Part shown: positions 24,615-30,679 of the stretch, in pieces
How positions within the stretch are numbered: the stretch's first letter is position 1
How the letters are laid out: each line of letters begins with the position of its first letter
Virus record (IMG/VR): IMGVR_UViG_3300020402_000143
Coordinates: 1-30,679 of that record
From: a virus
Lineage: Duplodnaviria > Caudoviricetes
Direction: 5' to 3' (one strand)
DNA length: 30,679 nt
Translations under genes and position numbers: made by a program
The notes under the pieces: generated by a model
What the model saw: only the letters and a program-made list of their open reading frames with translations
The model's database searches: none
What the model was told of the DNA's origin: nothing

Positions 24615-26315
24615 TCAATGAGTGTCTTTCCAAGTGGTGCCGATCGAGTACTCACTATCTAGTGGACATCGTAAATTAAATTGTTTTTCTACACGTTTCA
24701 TTGCCTCCTTTGTTATGTTACCAAAATCTACAGCTTGTTCCTTACGGACTTCAAACTGTACCTCATCATGGACGTTAGCCACTGGCTTGGCATCCACGTT
24801 CTGCTTGTCGACCTCATCAATAATATTGAGCAGCCATTGCTTACATATGATTGCACCCGCTCCTTGAATAAGTGTATTCAAACTGGAGTGGATGGATCGA
24901 GCAAGTAGAATTCTTTTATCAAGCGCAACCAATTGGTACTCTCCATACTTGCGCTTTCGTCGTTGTAATAAATTAATTAAATTATTTGTCAGTGTCTTCA
25001 TACCTTTAACTTTATTTATAAATCGTTTACGACTAGCGAGTCCGGCATCGGTATTGCCACCAACTATCTGACCAAGTTTTGCATCGCCAGCTCCATAAAT
25101 AAATGCATACACCCAAGTCTTTGCCGTCGGTCTGTCTTTTAATCCGATAATGTTTTGGTTGTAGGTATGTATGTCTCCGTCTACAACTTGTTCAGTAAAT
25201 TTAGGATTCTGTAGGTAGTGAGCAAAGCAACGTAGCTCCAGGCCGCTAGCATCAGAGCCTACCAAACAATACTTATCTGGATTTTCTATAGTCCACAGTG
25301 AACGACACTCTTTACCATAAGGTGAATAACTCGCTGGTACTTGTGCCATGTTGGGGCCATAGTGACTCATACGAGATGTGACACAACCAAGAGTTATCAC
25401 TCTGCCATGCACCCGACTATCATCTTTTACATTCTTCAACCAAGATTTAATTTGTGATACACGTTTCTCATACAATAAATATTCTGCAATCATCTTGGCC
25501 TCTGGGTATTGTAACTCTTTTAAAACTTGTTCATCAATAACTGGTAGTCCCGTTGGTGTTGTTTTGGTGGGTACCCAGTTATATTTCTTTTGTAATCTTT
25601 CAGCGATTTGTTTACGAGAGCTAGGATTAAACTCATCGACATGATCTTTTAATGGTTTACCAGTAGTCTTATGAAACCGTGGTGTGTAGATAGTAGCAAA
25701 GATAGTTTGTAAATCTTTTTTTAAATCTTCTGACTTTGTCTTTAGCTCTTCTAATAAATCATGTGCCTTGTTTACATTTAAATAAAATCCATGCTTCTCT
25801 TGTTCATCTATGATTCTTCTGATGCGATGTTCCATTCGAACACTGTCCGTGCTAAACCTAGTTATCTTTGGCGCTAAGTGTTGCATTAGTTTACGAGTAA
25901 CATGCACGTCTTGTTGACAATACTTTAACATCTCCTCTGAGTATTGATCAAAGTCTTTGAACTCTAGCTTACCACTCTTCGTTAATTTATTACCCCAAGA
26001 TTTTAAACTGTGGCCACCATCTATGTGTGCATTAATCATCTGTGATATAAGAAGTGTGTCAATTATATTTTCTAATGGTATTGTTATACCTAGTAATCTT
26101 TCTAACACTGGCCCATCAAAGCTGACACCATTGTGCATGATATACTTACGTTCTTGGTTGTGAAATTTTTTAAACTCTTCGCATCCTTGCTCTTGTATAA
26201 AGTCCCGTTGCTCTCCGGTAATATAGTCCTGAATACATATACAATGTATCTTGGCAGCATCAAGACTATCTGTTTCAATATCTAAAACTACTGTGTCAAA
26301 CTTTGAATCCATCAT
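24615..26315 (-). CDS. polA: Family A DNA polymerase (T7 gp5-like) with 3'-5' exonuclease
   Basis: ExoI DIETD, ExoII HNGVSFD, ExoIII YCQQD; motif A DASGLELR, motif B RPTAKTWVYAFIYG, motif C VHDE. Confidence 0.95.
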   Translation of the reverse strand: MMDSKFDTVVLDIETDSLDAAKIHCICIQDYITGEQRDFIQEQGCEEFKKFHNQERKYIMHNGVSFDGPVLERLLGITIPLENIIDTLLISQMINAHIDGGHSLKSWGNKLTKSGKLEFKDFDQYSEEMLKYCQQDVHVTRKLMQHLAPKITRFSTDSVRMEHRIRRIIDEQEKHGFYLNVNKAHDLLEELKTKSEDLKKDLQTIFATIYTPRFHKTTGKPLKDHVDEFNPSSRKQIAERLQKKYNWVPTKTTPTGLPVIDEQVLKELQYPEAKMIAEYLLYEKRVSQIKSWLKNVKDDSRVHGRVITLGCVTSRMSHYGPNMAQVPASYSPYGKECRSLWTIENPDKYCLVGSDASGLELRCFAHYLQNPKFTEQVVDGDIHTYNQNIIGLKDRPTAKTWVYAFIYGAGDAKLGQIVGGNTDAGLASRKRFINKVKGMKTLTNNLINLLQRRKRKYGEYQLVALDKRILLARSIHSSLNTLIQGAGAIICKQWLLNIIDEVDKQNVDAKPVANVHDEVQFEVRKEQAVDFGNITKEAMKRVEKQFNLRCPLDSEYSIGTTWKDTH

Positions 26316-27984
26316 TCACCTCTCTAAAGTCATCACTGTCTTTTGATTTAGGGTTAGCAATCTCAGTCAGACGACCAGTATCCTTACTCCATTGTAGCCA
26401 ACAACATGGGCCAGTCTCTCCACTAAATCTGTTCTTCAATATACGAACTGTAGTTTGGTTTCTCTTCTCCATGTCCTCTGCTTGTCCGTTTCTTTCCAAT
26501 GAGAAACAAAAGTCAGAGAGTTGCGCAATACCATGTGAACCCCTGAGTTGTGATAGACTAACTATCGCACCCTCCTCGTGTCCACTATCAGAACTGGCTC
26601 GCCTACTCAAATGAGATACCAACATCAGATGTATGTTCTGTTCTTGGACTAAAGTTCTAAGCCGTGTCATTATGCTATCGATTGCTCTTCTCTCATTGTC
26701 ACCAGTCATAGCTGATACAATCATAGTCAAGTGATCGAGTATGATAAACTTACAATCTAATCCACTAGCTAGATATTGTACTTTAGATATGATGTTATCG
26801 ATATCAGTAGAACCAAAGTGATCCCACATTCTTATCTTGTTTGTACCTAGTGTCGCCTCCCAAGCTGTACGCTTCTCTTCCATAGTTGATTCACAAAATG
26901 GTAGATGCAGTGGTTTGTTTGCATGTACAGACATAATACCTTTTGTTGTTCGTTCTATAGATTCCTCTAAGAATAAACAACCAACTGAGTGTCCACTCGT
27001 TTTAATTATATGGTACGCTAGCTCTCTCATTACACTAGACTTACCTATGCCAGACCCCGCAGTATAGGTACATAACTCGCCAAGTCTCATGCCATAAGTC
27101 ATACTGTTCATACCATCCCAGGGGTAAGGTATTGATTTAATTACCTTTTCATTAGCAATAAGATCCCAAGTATTTTCACCAAGTATGATACCTTCTGGTG
27201 TGTAAGTCTGTGCAGCATAGTATCTAACTTTAAATTCTTTCTGTTTATCTTGCATAAGATATTCATTAGCATCTTTAAGGTTTAGATTAACAATGTGTAC
27301 TTTCTTTGGTGGAAATAATTCTGCGACTCTTCTGCTTGCCTCACGACCAGGTTCATCATTATCAAAACACAGATATATTTTTTCAAAACCATTTATAAAT
27401 TCATATTGTTTTTTACAATCAGTGACGGCTCCAGCTGCACCAGTTCTAACACTAACAACTGGGTAAGAGTTTGGTGCAAACATTTCGAACACAGATAAGG
27501 CATCAATCTCTCCCTCACATATTGTTATTGTTTTCAAATTGTTAGAACTAAATAAATTCTGTCCAAACAATAATGCTTTACCAGTTTTACCTTCTACGTT
27601 AAATGTTTTGTCGGCGACTCTTCTGAGCTTTGTTGCAACATGGTTGCCTTCACTATCATAGTATGGGTAGTGGTGTTTATATATCTTTGGTTTGTCACTG
27701 TTCGTTGTCGTCACTCCGAAAAACTCACAAGTCTTCTGGCTTATTTTTCTTTCGGGTATAGGTTTGCTAACACCTAGTGGTATAACCTTTGGTGCCGAGC
27801 CTTGAATTTTTGTGTCATCTCCGAGCAGTTCCTCAAGTTGGGTCTTGTCCTTGGGAGGTTCCGTGTAGTTGCGGCACGAGAAGCAGTATAGTGATCCGTC
27901 CGCATACAAAGCATTGGCATCGGATGATCCACACTGTTCACATGATGTGTGTCGTATAAACCTCTTTGGGTCATTTTCTGTCAT
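26296..27984 (-). CDS. Primase-helicase (T7 gp4-like)
   Basis: CEQC...CFSC Zn ribbon, TOPRIM EGEIDAL and FDNDEPG, Walker A AGSGIGKS, ILDHL, LRGS and KNRFSGETG; AAGGAG RBS. Confidence 0.95.
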   Translation of the reverse strand: MTENDPKRFIRHTSCEQCGSSDANALYADGSLYCFSCRNYTEPPKDKTQLEELLGDDTKIQGSAPKVIPLGVSKPIPERKISQKTCEFFGVTTTNSDKPKIYKHHYPYYDSEGNHVATKLRRVADKTFNVEGKTGKALLFGQNLFSSNNLKTITICEGEIDALSVFEMFAPNSYPVVSVRTGAAGAVTDCKKQYEFINGFEKIYLCFDNDEPGREASRRVAELFPPKKVHIVNLNLKDANEYLMQDKQKEFKVRYYAAQTYTPEGIILGENTWDLIANEKVIKSIPYPWDGMNSMTYGMRLGELCTYTAGSGIGKSSVMRELAYHIIKTSGHSVGCLFLEESIERTTKGIMSVHANKPLHLPFCESTMEEKRTAWEATLGTNKIRMWDHFGSTDIDNIISKVQYLASGLDCKFIILDHLTMIVSAMTGDNERRAIDSIMTRLRTLVQEQNIHLMLVSHLSRRASSDSGHEEGAIVSLSQLRGSHGIAQLSDFCFSLERNGQAEDMEKRNQTTVRILKNRFSGETGPCCWLQWSKDTGRLTEIANPKSKDSDDFREVNDGFKV

Positions 27985-28020
27985 AGTCGTCTCCTTATTA
28001 TTTTTGCGGGTCTTGCCCTA

Positions 28021-28049
28021 TAAATACATCCTCTAATTATTTTTGTCAA
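28021..28049 (-). promoter_or_regulatory. Putative sigma70 promoter of the primase/polymerase operon
   Basis: Minus strand TTGACA (28049-28044), 17 nt, TATTTA (28026-28021). The -10 lacks the final T, as is common in alphaproteobacterial promoters. Confidence 0.5.
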
Positions 28050-28084
28050 GGGGTTGCCAGATTTTGAAATCAATGATAGCCTAT

Positions 28085-28135
28085 CCCCATATATAGGGGG
28101 AGACTATATATAGTCTAGTGTTAGTCTAATGCTAG
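28085..28135. repeat. Cluster of three palindromes/hairpins
   Basis: CCCC-ATATATA-GGGG (28085-28099), perfect 16-bp palindrome AGACTATATATAGTCT (28101-28116), imperfect CTAGTGTTAG-T-CTAATGCTAG (28115-28135). Confidence 0.75.
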
Positions 28136-28152
28136 TTCTATGAATGTCTAAT

Positions 28153-28227
28153 TATAACTATGATTATCTCTTTATAACTATGATTATCTCTATATAACTA
28201 TGATTAACTATAGATAACTATATATAG
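28153..28227. repeat. AT-rich tandem direct repeats (20-bp period), putative origin iterons
   Basis: TATAACTATGATTATCTCT at 28153 and 28173, partial third copy at 28193, then TAACTAT half-units at 28205 and 28215. Confidence 0.85.
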
Positions 28228-28712
28228 TGGCTGCTTCCTTTGTTTCTCCCTCTAAAGTTTTGTGTTCTCCCATGACAATTACGGCATAGCACCATCGAGT
28301 TTGACAGACGATTGTTGTGCCGGTTCCCATCAATATGATGAAACTCCAATGGCGACTCTTCTGCCAACGCCCCGCACTGGTTACAATACCATCGATTAGT
28401 ATCTTTGAGATAAGATATGATAAGTCTTTTTTTACCTACAGACTTACCCATATTCTCATCTTGTTCTATTTTAATATTGCGAATATGTTTGCGATGTTTT
28501 TGTTGGCAGACATTATCACAATACTTGTTCATTGTATTACTTCTTTTAGTGTGTCGCTTGTTGCAGTAGGCACAGAGGTAGTGACCATAGTCTTTTCGTT
28601 TTCGTTTAGGAAACTTAGTATTGTTGACTACTGCACTACATGTCATCGAGCAATACTTATTCTTTGAGGATGTGACGGGATTGTCACACCCTACTCTCTT
28701 ACAGTTTTTCAT
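28218..28712 (-). CDS. HNH endonuclease with N-terminal Cys-rich Zn-finger repeats
   Basis: YCSMTC, CAYC, YCDNVC; CNQC...LEFHHIDGNRHNNRLSN...LCRNCH. Confidence 0.9.
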   Translation of the reverse strand: MKNCKRVGCDNPVTSSKNKYCSMTCSAVVNNTKFPKRKRKDYGHYLCAYCNKRHTKRSNTMNKYCDNVCQQKHRKHIRNIKIEQDENMGKSVGKKRLIISYLKDTNRWYCNQCGALAEESPLEFHHIDGNRHNNRLSNSMVLCRNCHGRTQNFRGRNKGSSHYI

Positions 28713-28987
28713 TACTTATCAGGGTTGAAGTCCACCTTTATAAGATTATTTGGTGGCTCTGTATCGCAAGGTCGATCATCATCAACTTCCGATTTCAAAG
28801 CATGTTTCCAGTTGTGTATGATCCTATCCTTAGCCGTTCGCTTTTTTGGATATAGCAAATCCTTCAAGGCATAGTCAATTAGATATTCTATTTCCTTTGG
28901 TTCGTTAGTTACACTATCCAATAGCTCATCAACTATTGGTTTGAGGTGTCGTTTTAGGTCGCTTAGTCTTAGTTCTGATCCACTCAT
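28712..28987 (-). CDS. Hypothetical protein
   Basis: 91 aa; AAGGAG RBS; TAATG coupling on both sides. Confidence 0.75.
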   Translation of the reverse strand: MSGSELRLSDLKRHLKPIVDELLDSVTNEPKEIEYLIDYALKDLLYPKKRTAKDRIIHNWKHALKSEVDDDRPCDTEPPNNLIKVDFNPDK

Positions 28988-29193
28988 TATTGTTTCTCCT
29001 TATCAGTTAGTGGGTTAAATATATCATCAAAGATTGCATCGATAAGATCGAAGTATTGTTCTTGAGAAAATCTTTCGATCGATATTCTTTGCACAACATC
29101 TTTGAATTGTTTTATCTTAGCCAATGCATAAACCATTTCTACATCGGTAAGAATCTTGTCGTCTTGTAGGTCTTCACCATTACCTTTTGCCAT
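28987..29193 (-). CDS. Hypothetical acidic protein
   Basis: Start corrected to ATG 29193 (MAKGNGED..., GAAGGGA upstream); 68 aa. Confidence 0.7.
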   Translation of the reverse strand: MAKGNGEDLQDDKILTDVEMVYALAKIKQFKDVVQRISIERFSQEQYFDLIDAIFDDIFNPLTDKEKQ

Positions 29194-29392
29194 TGAAGTA
29201 ATCCCTTCTTTCTGTAAATGATTGCACCGAGTCACACTTAACGGCTTTGAGTTTCATATTTGGTAGCTCTTTAAATCTTTCGTACAAATCTCTTGTAGTT
29301 GACTCACAGTTTCTAGTTATTGAGTCAGCTTCTTTCACATATAGTTTACCATTGTACTCGATCCATAGAGTTACGATAAAAGCTTCAAGCAT
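29180..29392 (-). CDS. Hypothetical protein with hydrophobic N-terminus and two Cys
   Basis: 70 aa; AAGGAG RBS. Confidence 0.75.
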   Translation of the reverse strand: MLEAFIVTLWIEYNGKLYVKEADSITRNCESTTRDLYERFKELPNMKLKAVKCDSVQSFTERRDYFNGKR

Positions 29393-29404
29393 AAATACTC
29401 CTTG

Positions 29405-29701
29405 TTAATGTTTTGTTTTTCTTGTTTTTATTTTACTCAACATATGCTCCTCGTATTCATCTCTTTCTTGGCAGAGATAATCACTGAGAAGATTAGTTAT
29501 CATGTGTGCCACATGCATCGGTGAGGGAGCATAACACTTCATGAATGTCATGGTCTCCATCAATAGCATCATGCTAACTACATGAGGTGCCACCTTTTTC
29601 TCCCGGATTAAACGATTGTATTCATACATATCTTTAACGATACGCTCCCTTATCATATCTATTTGATCCGATAGCTGCTTATCTTTTTTTGTAGGCATCA
29701 C
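29405..29701 (-). CDS. Hypothetical Met-rich helical protein
   Basis: 98 aa; AAGGAG RBS; overlaps the upstream stop. Confidence 0.75.
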   Translation of the reverse strand: MMPTKKDKQLSDQIDMIRERIVKDMYEYNRLIREKKVAPHVVSMMLLMETMTFMKCYAPSPMHVAHMITNLLSDYLCQERDEYEEHMLSKIKTRKTKH

Positions 29702-29910
29702 TTACTCCTTTGTCGTATAAGATGAATATCCCAACCAATACACATGTGTCCAGATTGTTTAAGTTCATCTCGGTTAATATTTAATCGTTTAAACTCTTGT
29801 TCAACGATTGGTTGTAGGTTATCACAGTTCTCCCGCCCCATGATAAACTTCTCCTCCACACCATTTGGTGTAGAGAAAACTAGGTATAATGCAAACAGTT
29901 CTTTAGTCAT
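29698..29910 (-). CDS. Hypothetical protein with hydrophobic N-terminus and two Cys
   Basis: 70 aa; AGGAG RBS. Confidence 0.75.
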   Translation of the reverse strand: MTKELFALYLVFSTPNGVEEKFIMGRENCDNLQPIVEQEFKRLNINRDELKQSGHMCIGWDIHLIRQRSK

Positions 29911-30056
29911 CTTTCATCTCCTATTAAATCATTATGGCAAACAAAACATCTTTTATTTCCGTTTTCGTCTACCTCATACTCCTCAAACTTGCCATCTGTG
30001 TTTTCAAAAACAAGAGGCATACTGCAATCAAAACATTTAATTATTTTTTTAGTCAT
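29907..30056 (-). CDS. Small Zn-finger protein (49 aa), not in ORF track
   Basis: MTKKIIKCFDCSMPLVFENTDGKFEEYEVDENGNKRCFVCHNDLIGDER; CxxC...CxxC; fills the gap with overlaps on both sides; GGGGA upstream. Confidence 0.8.
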   Translation of the reverse strand: MTKKIIKCFDCSMPLVFENTDGKFEEYEVDENGNKRCFVCHNDLIGDER

Positions 30057-30285
30057 TGATCCCCACTATCTCATAATCAGGATTATCATTTCTTAAATAC
30101 TCTTCAGCATCTTGAATAAACTGAGTTCTTTTAAAATAGATTCTCATATTCTTACCCTCATCATATTCAATATACTGATTGATATCTATGTTGTTCTCAT
30201 TATCCCTAGGTTGTTCATAGTCAGCATCACTACCACTACTACTGTATCCCTCATAAGGATATACTAATTTCTTTTTAGCCATCAC
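30049..30285 (-). CDS. Hypothetical acidic protein
   Basis: 78 aa; AAGGAG RBS. Confidence 0.7.
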   Translation of the reverse strand: MMAKKKLVYPYEGYSSSGSDADYEQPRDNENNIDINQYIEYDEGKNMRIYFKRTQFIQDAEEYLRNDNPDYEIVGIND

Positions 30286-30580
30286 TCACTCCTTTGCCAG
30301 TTAAGTACCAACTAGCAGTAATATTAGTTGTCCAATTACCATCCTCTGTTGGGTCGCACTCATACACAACACAAACAATCTTATAATCTGACCAGTAAAC
30401 ACAAAGGTCAAACATTCGTTTGTCAAACTGAATGCCGCACCAAAAGTTATCACTTTCATCTTCAGGTGTTTCATTATCTACTTTAAAAACAGGCAATGCT
30501 ATTTCTTTGTAGTGCTGTGTAAGTTGTTTCTTTTCTAAAGATGTAAGTTCTAATTCTTTGTCATAAATATTAGTCATCAC
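30275..30580 (-). CDS. Hypothetical protein
   Basis: About 100 aa; AAGGAG RBS; start GTG 30580 or ATG 30577. Confidence 0.7.
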   Translation of the reverse strand: MMTNIYDKELELTSLEKKQLTQHYKEIALPVFKVDNETPEDESDNFWCGIQFDKRMFDLCVYWSDYKIVCVVYECDPTEDGNWTTNITASWYLTGKGVSDG

Positions 30581-30677
30581 TCTCCTTTTCTAGTTCTTCA
30601 AGATGATTAACGAGCATATCCAAACCATCACACACACCTTTATATTCTGCTTGTGTTTGGCTATCGTTAACCCATTC
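30570..30677 (-). CDS. 3' end (partial) of a hypothetical protein
   Basis: EWVNDSQTQAEYKGVCDGLDMLVNHLEELEKESDD-stop; overlaps the next gene start. Confidence 0.65.
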   Translation of the reverse strand, partial: EWVNDSQTQAEYKGVCDGLDMLVNHLEELEKESDD

Positions 30678-30679
30678 AT

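Noticed and set aside
24615-26315. HMO-2011-type polymerase with a DnaJ insert, or an intein/intron
   Set aside because: No CxxCxGxG repeats, no extra length, continuous frame.
28153-28227. Repeats as a mini-CRISPR array
   Set aside because: Units are contiguous 20-bp tandem copies with no unique spacers.
18901-30040. Plus-strand and alternative-frame ORFs in the right arm (e.g. 20254-20502, 21275-21610, 26303-26614, 28317-28667, 29744-30040)
   Set aside because: Antisense or nested in conserved genes; 29744-30040 is explained by real minus-strand genes including the 49-aa Zn finger.

Overview
A 30.7-kb, roughly 37% GC (eyeballed) segment of a podovirus-type (T7-like replication module) bacteriophage genome, most likely a marine phage of an alphaproteobacterium. 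It has two convergent arms, as in Cobavirus/Zobellviridae-like phages. The + strand arm (1-18621) carries the end of a tail fibre gene, a tail assembly chaperone, a P22 gp10-like tail stabilisation protein, ejection/internal virion proteins including a 1937-aa PLxRFG-like protein, a GNAT-like protein, three glycosyltransferase-like genes and a 3-TM holin. The - strand arm (18699-30679) carries small hypothetical genes, an HNH nuclease, a putative origin, primase-helicase, PolA, SSB, a PD-(D/E)XK exonuclease, endonuclease I, DUF3310, a class II (B12-dependent) ribonucleotide reductase, a 2OG-Fe(II) oxygenase, a cupin and a cytidylyltransferase. No RNA polymerase, integrase, endolysin, tRNA or CRISPR array was seen. 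The main find is missed by the ORF track: a 24-aa PqqA-like PQQ precursor peptide gene (18063-18137, MWSKPIITEISVGLEINSYACAEK) with its own RBS and flanking hairpins, placed right after the holin and without pqqB-E in the window. All assignments come from motif recognition by eye; no searches were run.
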